Positions 26,123-36,308 of a stretch of DNA of 64,000 bases are shown here, piece by piece. Position numbers and translations under genes: made by a program. The notes below the pieces were generated by a model. The model ran no database searches. It was not told where the DNA came from and saw only the letters and a program-made list of their open reading frames with translations. The DNA is from a virus, in the IMG/VR virus record IMGVR_UViG_3300020051_000004. One strand, written 5' to 3'. The stretch's first letter is position 1. Every line of letters begins with the position of its first letter.

Positions 26123-27673
26123 ATGGAAAAGCCTCTCATCTACAGGGCGATTTTCGGAAGTTCAGAGCTTTCAGTTTCTTCTTGGAAAGATTCAGAAATA
26201 TCTGCCGCCTCTTTAGAAAATCTTCGCCCTCTCATTCCTCAAGACGTTGATTTAAAACGAAACGTGGATTTGATGAGCGTAGCTTTCAACGGCGCAACTC
26301 CTAATCTCGTCAACAAAAATGACGATGTTATAGACTCAGCAACGGCGGTCAAAATTTTAGACTTGGCAAAAAACAAGCCAATCAACATAGAACACCAGAG
26401 TAAGAAAATTGTTGGCCACATTTTAAATGTTGGGTTTTCAAAGTTTGGCAGTTCTGAAATGATGACTCGCGAAGAAGCCTTGGAAACAAAAGACGTTTTC
26501 AACATGAGTTTCGGCGGCGTGATTTATTCCAAGATTCATCCCGAACTCGCTAATCTCTTAGAGCAAAGTCAAGACGAGAAAAGCAAGCTCTATCACTCTG
26601 CAAGCACTTCATGGGAGATTATGTTTGACAAGTATGAACTTGTTGTGGGCAGCAAAAATTTAAAAGACGCCGAATTAATTTCCGACCCAAAGAAAATCTC
26701 CGAACTAAAGAAACACCTTAGAAAGTACGGCGGCAGCGGCTTTTTAGACGCAAAGAAGACTGTTCCTGTTTATCGAAAAGTTGTTGGCGACAATGTATTG
26801 CCTGTTGGTTGGGCAGTTGTTTTAAACCCAGCCGCGCAAGTAAAAGGAATGCTTGTTGAGTCTGGAAAAGAGAAGAAATCAACGGCCAAAATATTTCTGC
26901 CCGCAAAAAGTGTAATTACAAGTAATTCCAAAAAAATCATGGACCTAGAAACACTCCTCGAACAAATGAACGCTTCCATCCAGAAATTGGTGGAAGGAAA
27001 AGAAGCGGAAGAAGCGAAAGCCTCTCTTGCTAAAGACCTCGCACCAAAGCTCAAAGAATTGAGCGCCGAATGGTCTGCGAATCGCGACAAGGCTCTGAAA
27101 GACAAAGACGCTGCTGAAGCTAAAATGTCTGAACTGTATGCTCAAGTTGAGAAAATGGGCAAACAGCTTAACGAAGCTCAGACTAAGCTCTGGGAAATGG
27201 AAGAAAATTCCCGCGCCACAAAAACTCTTGTTCGTTACAGCGAGCGCATGGCCGCAATGGAAGACGAGTTTGAAATGGACGACGACGACAAGTGCGTGAT
27301 CGCTTCTAAGCTCAAAACTCTCGAAGTGAAAGACGACGAAAGCGGCAACGACTCTGCCTTTGCTTCTTTCAAAGAAGAAATCAGCAAGCTCTGGAAGCAC
27401 AAGAACAAAGACGCTATCGCTAAAGCCAAGCAAGAGTTTGATGCTAAGCTCAACACTGAACTTGAAAAGAAAATGGCCGAAATCTCCAAAGCCAGCGAAG
27501 TGAAAGCTGGTGACGAAGGCAAAACCGTTGAAGACGCTTTGGACAAAGCTAAAGCCAGCGAAGAAAAAAGTGTAAGCAATAATAACGAAACATCTAGCAC
27601 TGCTGGAGAAAGCTTCCTTGATCGCTTCAAGAAAAGTTTCTCCAAAGACTCGATCAAAATCGAAATCAAGTAA
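26123..27673 (+). CDS. Prohead protease fused to scaffold
   Basis: NKNDD, KPINIEH..K.IVGHI, STSWE and VLNPAA protease-like motifs; E/K/A-rich coiled-coil C-half; position before capsid genes. Confidence 0.75.
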   Translation: MEKPLIYRAIFGSSELSVSSWKDSEISAASLENLRPLIPQDVDLKRNVDLMSVAFNGATPNLVNKNDDVIDSATAVKILDLAKNKPINIEHQSKKIVGHILNVGFSKFGSSEMMTREEALETKDVFNMSFGGVIYSKIHPELANLLEQSQDEKSKLYHSASTSWEIMFDKYELVVGSKNLKDAELISDPKKISELKKHLRKYGGSGFLDAKKTVPVYRKVVGDNVLPVGWAVVLNPAAQVKGMLVESGKEKKSTAKIFLPAKSVITSNSKKIMDLETLLEQMNASIQKLVEGKEAEEAKASLAKDLAPKLKELSAEWSANRDKALKDKDAAEAKMSELYAQVEKMGKQLNEAQTKLWEMEENSRATKTLVRYSERMAAMEDEFEMDDDDKCVIASKLKTLEVKDDESGNDSAFASFKEEISKLWKHKNKDAIAKAKQEFDAKLNTELEKKMAEISKASEVKAGDEGKTVEDALDKAKASEEKSVSNNNETSSTAGESFLDRFKKSFSKDSIKIEIK

Positions 27674-27695
27674 TCACCCTACATAAAACACTACA

Positions 27696-28316
27696 ATGGC
27701 ACAACGACTCCATCCATTCCGTAACGTTGATCCTCATGATGAAATCACTGATTTCAGCTTGGGCAACGCTTATGTCAACTCGAACATCACTGGCAGCGGC
27801 TTCGGCGATGCTGGCGTTTTCGTCACGGTCCTTTCGGGCGACCTCAACCTTGACCCTGTAACTTTCGTCTCGAATGGTTATCTTGGCAAGACTGATTTCC
27901 CGAACGTGGGCTACAACATGTATCCAGAAATTTCGCTCAAGGTTCGTCCTGCTGCTTCTGGTGACATTGCTCCTCTTGGTATTACTCTGAATCAGACTGC
28001 TGAGTATGATGAGAACGGCCAAAAGCTACTCTACTATCGCGAAAAGGCAGAAGCTATTCAGGCTGTGGTTCCTGGTGAAACTGTGAAAATCGCTACTCGC
28101 GGAACATTCACTCTTTTCCAGAGCGCAGTTGATGGCACTCTCACTCCTGGTGCTGGCTTTAAGCTCTCTGCTACAAGCGGCAAAATCACTGGTTGCGCAA
28201 ACAGCGACTCTGCAAACCTTGGTATGGTGCTTGGCACTGGTACTCGCGGTGCAAACGGCGCTCCAATGGTTGACGTTTACTCTGGCGCATTCTACAAGAT
28301 TAAGCTTGGCAAGTAA
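27696..28316 (+). CDS. Head decoration / capsid cement protein
   Basis: Between scaffold and capsid; G/S/T-rich beta protein with strongly biased codons. Confidence 0.65.
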   Translation: MAQRLHPFRNVDPHDEITDFSLGNAYVNSNITGSGFGDAGVFVTVLSGDLNLDPVTFVSNGYLGKTDFPNVGYNMYPEISLKVRPAASGDIAPLGITLNQTAEYDENGQKLLYYREKAEAIQAVVPGETVKIATRGTFTLFQSAVDGTLTPGAGFKLSATSGKITGCANSDSANLGMVLGTGTRGANGAPMVDVYSGAFYKIKLGK

Positions 28317-28355
28317 TTTTCATTAACTAAAAACAACTAACAAAAGAAAAACAAA

Positions 28356-29492
28356 ATGAAAGTAACTTTACAAGAAAACGCTGACAACTTTGAGATCGTG
28401 AAGGCTATGGCCTCCAAGGATCGCGAAACTGCTATCGCTGCTCAAGAAGCTCTTGCTGGCCTCGTTGGTCCTATGCTCAACGAAGTTATCAATCAGGCTC
28501 CTGTGCTTGCAAACTTCTATACTCGCCAGAGCTATGACATGGGTACTGTGCCTATGATCCCGATGGACACGTTCTACGACATTTCGGATTATAAGTATAT
28601 GACCGTTTGGTCGCAGACTAGCCAAGGTGGTCTTGGAACTAATGAAGTGGTTCCTACCGTTGGTGAAATGACTGTGAAAACCTATAACCTGAACAGCGCT
28701 CATTCCTTCGACAAGAAGTATGCCGCTAATCCTCGTATGGGTCTTAACGTTGTGAGCAAAACAATGGCTAAACTGTTGCAGGAAATTCTCTATATTCAGG
28801 AGAACTACTCTATGGGGCCGATTGCTGCTGCTCTCGCTGGCGCAACCACTGGCGCTCGCAAGCATGTTCAGCGTGTGACAAGCGCTGGTCGCTTGATTCC
28901 TGCCGACTTCAACGAACTGCTTACTCTTGCAACTCGCATCAGCGTTTCTCAGTATGGTGGCACTCCTGTTGGCGGCGCTCGTAACATCACGGACCTCATT
29001 ATGAGCCCTGAGATGATGGAACAGCTTCGTGCAATGAGCTACAACCCAATCAACACGGCTGAAGCTCCTTACACCTCTGCGGCGAAAGATTCTATCGCGG
29101 CTCCTGACTCAGTTCGTTCCGCAATGTTTGAAGGCGGCGACCTCGCATCCTTCTACGGTAAAACGCTTCATGTGTTCCATGAGTTCGGCAAAGGCAAGAA
29201 ATTCAACAGTATCTTCGACCGCGCTGCTGGTTCTACGACCTTCGCTCGTCCAGATGGCTCTACTGGCTCTGCCACCTTTGACGGCGCAAATGAAGAAATC
29301 ATCCTTGGCCTTGACCGTGGCCGCGAAGGCTTGCTTCGCCTCTCTGCTGTCGATGGCGACGGTTCTGAGTTCCGCGTTGAAAGCGACGATCAGTTCTACA
29401 GCAAACGCGCTTCTAAGATTGGTTTCTACGGCTCCCTTGAAGAAGGTCGCTTGATTCCAGACGCTCGCGTCCTGACTGGTCTTATCAGCTAA
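28356..29492 (+). CDS. Major capsid protein
   Basis: 378 aa, position, high-expression codon bias, DLIMSPE motif, strong terminator downstream. Confidence 0.8.
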   Translation: MKVTLQENADNFEIVKAMASKDRETAIAAQEALAGLVGPMLNEVINQAPVLANFYTRQSYDMGTVPMIPMDTFYDISDYKYMTVWSQTSQGGLGTNEVVPTVGEMTVKTYNLNSAHSFDKKYAANPRMGLNVVSKTMAKLLQEILYIQENYSMGPIAAALAGATTGARKHVQRVTSAGRLIPADFNELLTLATRISVSQYGGTPVGGARNITDLIMSPEMMEQLRAMSYNPINTAEAPYTSAAKDSIAAPDSVRSAMFEGGDLASFYGKTLHVFHEFGKGKKFNSIFDRAAGSTTFARPDGSTGSATFDGANEEIILGLDRGREGLLRLSAVDGDGSEFRVESDDQFYSKRASKIGFYGSLEEGRLIPDARVLTGLIS

Positions 29493-29509
29493 CCAAACCC
29501 TAACAAAGA

Positions 29510-29542
29510 GCCCCGTGCCCGAAAAGGTGCGGGGTTTTTTTT
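29510..29542 (+). terminator. Rho-independent terminator
   Basis: GCCCCGTGCC-CGAAAA-GGTGCGGGGT followed by T-run. Confidence 0.85.
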
Positions 29543-29563
29543 GTTTCTATGCTACTATAATAT

Positions 29564-29920
29564 ATGCAAAACATGGAACTAGCAAACGGACGAATCGAAA
29601 ACCTTGAAGAAACAGAGAGTATTGAAAAACTCTTTGGTATTGACAAAACAAATCCTTACGGCACAAACGATCCTAAGATTTTCTCACAAAGAGTCGCGGC
29701 CCTAACTCATTCTCAACTTCAAGAAATGGCCCAAAAACTTGGCCTTAATCCATATGTCGGGCGGCAAAAACTTATTGAGGGGCTCGAAAAATCTTTCGCC
29801 ATGGAAAACCGTCATCGTTCTTACGGATACGAAGAAGCGCCGAAACTTCCTAACTTGACGCTTGACTCAAACAATCCAAAAGATCGGGAATTAATGATTC
29901 AGCTTGGCATGAGGTTTTAG
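29564..29920 (+). CDS. Hypothetical protein with Rho-N/HeH-like helix pair
   Basis: LTHSQLQEMAQKLGL...RQKLIEGL. Confidence 0.6.
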   Translation: MQNMELANGRIENLEETESIEKLFGIDKTNPYGTNDPKIFSQRVAALTHSQLQEMAQKLGLNPYVGRQKLIEGLEKSFAMENRHRSYGYEEAPKLPNLTLDSNNPKDRELMIQLGMRF

Positions 29921-29935
29921 TGTGTAATCTCTTGT

Positions 29936-30412
29936 ATGCCCAATACATTTTCAGGTTTAGCAACAGAGATTTTTGAGACCGAATTTCTCTCTAACACAGG
30001 AATCGCTTCGTTTTCTCAAATTAGTGGGTGGTTGTCGGTTAATTTGGGCGGCCTAAATAATTTGCTAAACACAAGTTTCTCTGGCGCTGATCCAATTATT
30101 GATCAAGAAGCGGCGGCTATTTTTAAAAACCAATACATGGCCTCTTATTATGGGCGGCAAGCATCTAATGCGGCTGTTGGCGTTTTAACAAGTTCTGCGG
30201 GCGAAAATATTCTCTCTGTTTCAGACGGCGACAATAAAATCAGCTTTGTGAATAGAAATGAAGTGGCCAAAAATTTCCGCTCAATTAAGAAAGATATTGA
30301 GGAACAAATTGACAAAGCGGCGGCAAAATATTGTTTGTTTTTGAGTGGGCCGCAATCAGTTGATTCTTTTGATGGAGGAGAGTGTTTGCCAGTTAGCGAA
30401 GAAAGATATTGA
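29936..30412 (+). CDS. Putative head-tail adaptor
   Basis: GTGTAA 8 nt upstream; helical body with SVSDGDNKISF beta hairpin; position after capsid. Confidence 0.55.
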   Translation: MPNTFSGLATEIFETEFLSNTGIASFSQISGWLSVNLGGLNNLLNTSFSGADPIIDQEAAAIFKNQYMASYYGRQASNAAVGVLTSSAGENILSVSDGDNKISFVNRNEVAKNFRSIKKDIEEQIDKAAAKYCLFLSGPQSVDSFDGGECLPVSEERY

Positions 30413-30445
30413 CAGATTTAGTATTTTTTGCGTATAGTATGTGCC

Positions 30446-32527
30446 ATGACAAAAACTCCCATTAATGTACTATCACTCTTTGACGGAATCTCTTGCGGTC
30501 AACTTGCTCTTCAACGAGCAGGTATTCCAGTAAATCAATACTTTGCTAGCGAAATTGACAAACATGCTATCAAAGTCACCCAACACAACTTCCCCAATAC
30601 TATTCAATTGGGCAGTGTGGTTGATGTAAAAGCGGAATATTTACCAAAGATTGACCTAATCTGTGCAGGTTCACCTTGTTTTGTGGCGGGGACGCCCGTT
30701 TTGACCAATAAGGGATACAAAAGCATTGAAGATGTTAAAGTTAGTGATGAGGTGCTATCTCACAAGGGAAATTGGAAAAACGTTCTAAAAATTGGCGGCA
30801 AATTAAATTGCCCCATCATCTCCTTGTGCGCCAAAGGTTCGCTTCCCATACAGACAACCAAGGAGCATCCGTTTTTTACCAGGGCGAAATCCGTGGTATG
30901 GGAAAATAATGTGCGGCGATACAAAATCTCTTTCGCCGCTCCAGAATGGACAGAAGCAGCGAATATAAAAAAGGGAGATTTGATCGGTTTCCCTCGAATG
31001 AAGGATTCGCACAACGAACTATACGAACTGTCCGATGACGAACTATTTGTACTGGGTAGATATATTGCTGACGGTCACACACGAAAGGATTATAGAGTTT
31101 CCGAAGGTCGCCCAAACGACAGAAATTGGCAGCTTATTCTTTCCATTGGGAAAGGCAAGGAATTTGCCACGTCTTGCAATCATTCCTTTTATCCTCATAC
31201 CAAAAGTGTTAGTCGCATGGTTTTTTCTAGTAAAAAATTAGTTAAATTAGCCGAGAATTATTGTGGTCGCGGTGCTGAAAACAAACATATCGGGCCATCT
31301 TTTCTCGCTCTTCCCAAGGATAAATTGATAATTGTCTTAGATGGATTGATGAGCGGAGATGGTTCGGCACGGAAAAACGAATTTCGCTTAACAACAGTAA
31401 GTTACAAACTACTCCTTTCTATGCAGATGGCCGTTGTAAAATGTTATGGCACATCTGGATGTTTAATGAAAACGATCCGCCCTAAGACAACTATTATTGA
31501 AGGTAGAACTGTAAATCAAAAGGATACGTATTCTATTAGTTTTAGGAAGGCCGATTCCTTTGATTTGTGTGATGACAACTACGTTTGGTCGTATGTCAAG
31601 AGCGTGGCGGAAGATTTTTCCAAGCAGGACGTTTTTAATCTTGAAATTCAGGATGATAATTCATACACCGTTCAAAATATCTCTGTTCATAATTGTCAGG
31701 GATTTAGTCTGGCAGGGAAACAATTAAATTTTGAAGACCCGCGTTCAAAACTATTTTTTGAGTTTGTTCGCCTATTAAAAGAATGTGCGCCAAAATATTT
31801 TCTTCTTGAGAATGTCAAGATGAAGAAAGAGTATGAGAATGTGATTACCGAAACATTAGGAGTCGCGCCCATCAAAATTAATTCGGCCCTTGTGTCCGCC
31901 CAGAATAGAGAAAGGTTATATTGGACAAATATTCCAGATGTTAAACAACCAGAAGACAAAGGAATCTTGCTAAAAGACATTCTTGAATTTTCAGTTGGAG
32001 AAAATTCGGTTAAGAACTCTCCCGACCAGATTTCAACAGCTGGTAACAGAGGGAAAGGGAATAGGGTTTATGTTTATCCTCGCGGCACTAATGATGGAGG
32101 TCTGAAACATTACAATGGTAAATCTCCATGTATCACTACATCAAATTGGGAGCATAATATTTTCGCTGCCCAAAGAATTGAATCTAATCTTGAAAAACTT
32201 CTTGAAACTAGCAAATATAAAGACTCCTTCCAATGGAGATATGATAAGAAGGGGCGTGTTTTGGTTATGCGTCCAGATGGCTTGAAAATTCAAAGAATCG
32301 GAAGGGTCGCAAACGAAAATACAAAGACGGAAATCATCACCTGTCTAACTCAGCCCCACCTAGATAATGGGTTACTCATTCGCAAAATTACCCCTGTTGA
32401 GGCGGAGCGCCTTCAAACGGTTCCAGATAACTACACATCTTGTATCTCCGACAACAAACGCTATCATGCTTTGGGCAATGGTTGGACAGTTGATGTTATT
32501 GCTCATATTTTGAGTGGAATTCAGTAG
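30446..32527 (+). CDS. C5-cytosine DNA methyltransferase, intein-containing
   Basis: LSLFDGISCG, GSP|CQGFS, LLENV, QNRERLYW, ERLQT, LGNGW; start ATG 30446 after TTGACA-18 nt-TATAGT. Confidence 0.92.
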   Translation: MTKTPINVLSLFDGISCGQLALQRAGIPVNQYFASEIDKHAIKVTQHNFPNTIQLGSVVDVKAEYLPKIDLICAGSPCFVAGTPVLTNKGYKSIEDVKVSDEVLSHKGNWKNVLKIGGKLNCPIISLCAKGSLPIQTTKEHPFFTRAKSVVWENNVRRYKISFAAPEWTEAANIKKGDLIGFPRMKDSHNELYELSDDELFVLGRYIADGHTRKDYRVSEGRPNDRNWQLILSIGKGKEFATSCNHSFYPHTKSVSRMVFSSKKLVKLAENYCGRGAENKHIGPSFLALPKDKLIIVLDGLMSGDGSARKNEFRLTTVSYKLLLSMQMAVVKCYGTSGCLMKTIRPKTTIIEGRTVNQKDTYSISFRKADSFDLCDDNYVWSYVKSVAEDFSKQDVFNLEIQDDNSYTVQNISVHNCQGFSLAGKQLNFEDPRSKLFFEFVRLLKECAPKYFLLENVKMKKEYENVITETLGVAPIKINSALVSAQNRERLYWTNIPDVKQPEDKGILLKDILEFSVGENSVKNSPDQISTAGNRGKGNRVYVYPRGTNDGGLKHYNGKSPCITTSNWEHNIFAAQRIESNLEKLLETSKYKDSFQWRYDKKGRVLVMRPDGLKIQRIGRVANENTKTEIITCLTQPHLDNGLLIRKITPVEAERLQTVPDNYTSCISDNKRYHALGNGWTVDVIAHILSGIQ
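30677..31693 (+). other. Intein (339 aa) with LAGLIDADG endonuclease
   Basis: CFVAGT start, TKEHPF block B, LGRYIADG and LDGLMSGDG, ends VFNLEI...SVHN, +1 Cys. Confidence 0.92.
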
Positions 32528-32544
32528 TTCCCATGACAACAAGC

Positions 32545-32579
32545 GGCCCGCGTCAACTAAGACGCGGGCCTATTTATTT
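32545..32579 (+). terminator. Rho-independent terminator
   Basis: Perfect 10-bp stem GGCCCGCGTC/GACGCGGGCC followed by TATTTATTT. Confidence 0.75.
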
Positions 32580-32714
32580 ACTTTTTTGGCGCGACAATTC
32601 AAAGGAAAGCCATGCGCCCTGTTAAACTTATTTACACTTGGAAGTGGGGGAATTTAATTTGCGGCGAAAGATTTTATTTGACTTTAGAGTAGAGAATGTT
32701 AGAGTTATAGGTAT

Positions 32715-33545
32715 ATGGCAACAACAAAACCACCTCAAACGAAAGTCGGAAGAAAATTTGGAATCTTAACTCCTACCACTGGATTTCACGCAAAAAATAG
32801 TCGCGGCAAAAATAAATTGTATTATAAATGTGATTGCGAATGCGGAACTAAGGATCATGTAGTTTTATCCTCTAATTTAAGAAATGAAGGTGGTAGCAAT
32901 TCCTGTGGATGCAATTGGCATACTGGAAACCGCGCAAAAGATATTACTGGAGAAAGATTTGGAAAATTAACTGCCATCAAACCAACTGAAAAACGTTGGA
33001 GAAAAAATATTATTTGGGTATTCTCCTGTGATTGCGGAAGGGAGGCGGAGCTTCCTTTGGGAGAAGTTGTCTCTTTGAAGCGCCAATCTTGTGGATGTAA
33101 AAAGAAATATACAGATAGAGAAGAAGCTGTATGGACTAAAACTAAAGCTAAAGCCCTTCGTCGTTCAAAAGAATATGGAGATGATAGCGACTTAGATTTA
33201 AAGTCATATATCGACATTACGACTCGGGACTGTTTTTATTGCGGAGCTAAACCAAGGATACCAGTTGTTGATAAGGCGTCAGACCTCAGATTGTTTAGAA
33301 ACACTCTTGATCGAATTAATCCTCAATTTGGATACCTTAAAAGAAACGTTCTTCCATGCTGCTTAGCGTGCAATAGCGCAAAATCAGATAAAAGTTACGT
33401 GGAATGGGCTCACTTCCTCAAGAGTCGCTACGAACACTTTATCGCCACGGAAAAATACTTAAGTCTCATTTTTAACGAAAAGGCTATGAAATCGTCCGAA
33501 GCTTTATTTGTTTTTAAAGACTCTATTACTCTGAATAAGCAGTAG
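32715..33545 (+). CDS. Free-standing HNH homing endonuclease
   Basis: Two G.RFG.L...CDCG...SCGC repeats, CFYCG, LDRINP..GY...NVLPCCLACNSAKSD; own TTGACT-16 nt-TAGAGT promoter. Confidence 0.85.
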   Translation: MATTKPPQTKVGRKFGILTPTTGFHAKNSRGKNKLYYKCDCECGTKDHVVLSSNLRNEGGSNSCGCNWHTGNRAKDITGERFGKLTAIKPTEKRWRKNIIWVFSCDCGREAELPLGEVVSLKRQSCGCKKKYTDREEAVWTKTKAKALRRSKEYGDDSDLDLKSYIDITTRDCFYCGAKPRIPVVDKASDLRLFRNTLDRINPQFGYLKRNVLPCCLACNSAKSDKSYVEWAHFLKSRYEHFIATEKYLSLIFNEKAMKSSEALFVFKDSITLNKQ

Positions 33546-33557
33546 AAGGTTGACAAT

Positions 33558-33590
33558 AAAAAAGGCGCTCTTTTGGAGCGCCTTTTTCTT
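33558..33590. terminator. Bidirectional terminator
   Basis: AAAAAGGCGCTC-TTTTG-GAGCGCCTTTTT between convergent genes. Confidence 0.85.
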
Positions 33591-33602
33591 TATTGGTTTA
33601 AT

Positions 33603-34760
33603 TTATGAATCAAACGGATTAACCGTGTTTTGGCCGCTCATGAAAACTCCACGCGACTGATCAGCAACGCCGCCCACATCTGCCGAGAAAACTAAATCGC
33701 ATGTTTGATTGTCTCCGATGGAGAGGGAGCTTGAACTCGAATCAAATTGAGCCCCTTTCAGTGTGTAAGAAATGTTAGGAGTCCCATTTGAGTTTCTAAT
33801 CGTCAACGTAATGTCGTGAGTAGATTCATCATCAAGGGCAGCGCTAAGATTTCTAGAAACAACCTCATTAACAAGAGCGCTCACGGAAAGCGTTGCTGTA
33901 ATTGGAAGAGTGGTTGGACGAGCATACGCAAAGCGAGAGCCAAGCTGGCGAATTGGATCGCGAGAAAGTGGCACGGAAAGCGTTGCGCTCTGAACTCTAA
34001 TGCCGTTTGAACCAGCAGTGTCAAGATTGAACACTGGAGATGCAATACCAGAAGATGTACCAGTCAGCGAACCGAACGTTAGCGTCGCATCCGCAGGTCT
34101 TAAGGCCATAGGAATACCAATACCAGTATAAGATGTTGGAGACGGAAATTTAACGGCAAACGCTGTATTAATCATCTGACCATTAGAAGGGTCAACAGCG
34201 GGAGAAACACAACCAGTAGTCGCTCCACTAACGGTATATGTTGAAGTAATAGCATTGGCAGCTTCAAAACCAATGCTTACAGTAGGAATTTCTCCCACGC
34301 CAATAGAAAGTTCGTAAGAGGAAACGTAAACGTTGCCGAATGAGTAAACTGGAAGACCACTGTAAGCAGCAGACCCACCAGCCATAAAGTTGAGGTCCAC
34401 GCCTTCTGGTGAAACAGAGACATGTAAACAGTTTCCAGATGTAGTTACGATCTGGCCCGAAACAAAGTTTGCTAAGCCTGTAAAACCAGAAGCATCTTGA
34501 ACATAAAAACCCAAAGCTCTTTCTTGGTATCCATCAGTAAGATAATACGAGAAATTGCCGCCAACAGTTGGCTCTTCAGTGACGATTTTTTGAATCGCGG
34601 CCACTTGCCCCATCTGATTTAAGGGCGTACGCGTGATTTCTGTATTTGTGTCGAAGGATTGGAAACGCCCGAATTGAGCGTGCTGCCCTGAAGATAACCC
34701 AGTCAGATTTTTCGAGCAGAATAATCCGAAGGAGGGGTAATTAGTTCTATTTTTAGCCAT
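33603..34760 (-). CDS. Major tail tube protein
   Basis: S/T/G-rich beta protein downstream of completion genes; GTGTAA upstream (34787-34792) and terminator downstream. Confidence 0.65.
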   Translation of the reverse strand: MAKNRTNYPSFGLFCSKNLTGLSSGQHAQFGRFQSFDTNTEITRTPLNQMGQVAAIQKIVTEEPTVGGNFSYYLTDGYQERALGFYVQDASGFTGLANFVSGQIVTTSGNCLHVSVSPEGVDLNFMAGGSAAYSGLPVYSFGNVYVSSYELSIGVGEIPTVSIGFEAANAITSTYTVSGATTGCVSPAVDPSNGQMINTAFAVKFPSPTSYTGIGIPMALRPADATLTFGSLTGTSSGIASPVFNLDTAGSNGIRVQSATLSVPLSRDPIRQLGSRFAYARPTTLPITATLSVSALVNEVVSRNLSAALDDESTHDITLTIRNSNGTPNISYTLKGAQFDSSSSSLSIGDNQTCDLVFSADVGGVADQSRGVFMSGQNTVNPFDS

Positions 34761-34796
34761 AGTGTTTTAGAGAGGTGTATTACTCTTTACACTTTT

Positions 34797-35648
34797 TTAG
34801 ACCCTAGGATACCTCTGCTGCGTCACCTTAAAGTCAATTAGGCCAATGAACATTTCATTTTGCACGCTTTTTCTTAATTGGTCGGTGATTTTTGACGTTT
34901 TTACTTCTTCAATTTGAAGCGGCAAATTAGTGGCAAAACTTTCTCTGGCCAAGGTTTCATAGTTGTAGTAGCCTGTTTTCAAGTCTCCAAACTCATTATA
35001 CGGCGAAAACTGGAAAGGAATTTGCGCGAAAATTTCTTGTTTAGAGTCGGCGAATAAAGACATAACGCCGTCCAGTTGATAAGCATTTTCACAAAAAACT
35101 GTTGCGCCGAATCTAATTTCTGTTGTGTCCATGCCGCCAAAAGCGAATGGTTTGTTGTTCACGGTTTGTTGAGCTACAAAAATCGCAGGCACAACTGGCT
35201 GATAGGGCGGAATACCAGAAACAGAGATGGCGGTGCCAACTTTTGGTGCGGCCAAATATTTTTTCTCAACAATCAAGTCTTCTACCGAATCTTGCGTCAT
35301 GTAAACGTTAAACTCTTTTTGGCAAAAAGTTCCTGTTGGTTGAACACCAGTGTTTAAGCCGCTGGCTAAGACTCGTCCATTATTATAATCAATGAAAAGA
35401 TTATTTGAGCGGCCCGAAAAAGAGTTTCCCACCCAAACGCCAGAATTTATTGCGGCCCCACTAATTGAAGAGTCGGATACCCACTGCTTATAATTACTAG
35501 AAAAACCCTTATACGTTGGAATTTTAGAGTCGGGCAAATAGTAGAGTTTCCCTGTTTTGTTAGAGAAAGCGCGACCTTTACTTAGGAGATGATGATCCAT
35601 CCATAAGAGAAAAGACGACTGAACTTCGTGAGAATACTGGGGAACCAT
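34797..35648 (-). CDS. Putative tail terminator / neck protein
   Basis: Position before tail tube; PAIFV...PFAFGG; GTGTAA 8 nt upstream. Confidence 0.55.
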   Translation of the reverse strand: MVPQYSHEVQSSFLLWMDHHLLSKGRAFSNKTGKLYYLPDSKIPTYKGFSSNYKQWVSDSSISGAAINSGVWVGNSFSGRSNNLFIDYNNGRVLASGLNTGVQPTGTFCQKEFNVYMTQDSVEDLIVEKKYLAAPKVGTAISVSGIPPYQPVVPAIFVAQQTVNNKPFAFGGMDTTEIRFGATVFCENAYQLDGVMSLFADSKQEIFAQIPFQFSPYNEFGDLKTGYYNYETLARESFATNLPLQIEEVKTSKITDQLRKSVQNEMFIGLIDFKVTQQRYPRV

Positions 35649-35656
35649 AAGTGTAT

Positions 35657-36307
35657 TTACACAGACCTAGCGATTTCAAACCCCATTTCGTTAAACTTCT
35701 GAAACCATTGATCTAAGAACGGGCGAATCCAATTCACAGGTCTAGATGCTGAATTTGAGCCCTGCTGCTTTTGAAGACCAAAGTGAGAGCGCGATTGGCC
35801 GACTCCCATTTCTCCAAACGGCGCATTAACATACCTACCCAACCCTGGAACGCCCCTTTCTAATCCAGTAACCCAACTATATCCATCGACCCACTCTAAT
35901 TGGTCCGCCGTTGCTTCTTCAAAAGATTCCACAGAAGGAAAATCTACTACCTGCCATTTTAAAAACTTGCCGCCGAAAATGTTTAGGCTGCGGGTTATTT
36001 TCATTTTTTTGATTACAGCGTATAGGGCATTAGTTGGTTTAACTTTTCGCCTAAAACCTAAGAAGGAAAACAAATCACCCTTCCCGCCAAGAATATCTGC
36101 GAAATCATTACTTCCAAACCCTGGCCCATATTCAAGAGCTTCAATCACTGGCAAGTTTCTAAACTCTGCGAGCATTTCATTCTTTCTCATTTGGAAAACT
36201 TTTTGAGTGGGGCGCTCTAAAAATTCCCCGACTGTTTTTTTAACAAGCGGGAGGTCTATTTGGTTTTTTAGTTGGGAAATTAAATTCCCTATGCGCGATT
36301 TGCCCAT
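35657..36307 (-). CDS. Putative tail completion protein
   Basis: Position; LERG and IRPFL reminiscent of neck/completion proteins. Confidence 0.45.
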   Translation of the reverse strand: MGKSRIGNLISQLKNQIDLPLVKKTVGEFLERPTQKVFQMRKNEMLAEFRNLPVIEALEYGPGFGSNDFADILGGKGDLFSFLGFRRKVKPTNALYAVIKKMKITRSLNIFGGKFLKWQVVDFPSVESFEEATADQLEWVDGYSWVTGLERGVPGLGRYVNAPFGEMGVGQSRSHFGLQKQQGSNSASRPVNWIRPFLDQWFQKFNEMGFEIARSV

Positions 36308-36308
36308 G

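Noticed and set aside
26239-29454. Long antisense and alternate-frame ORFs over the head genes
   Set aside because: Shadow ORFs expected from biased codon usage of highly expressed genes
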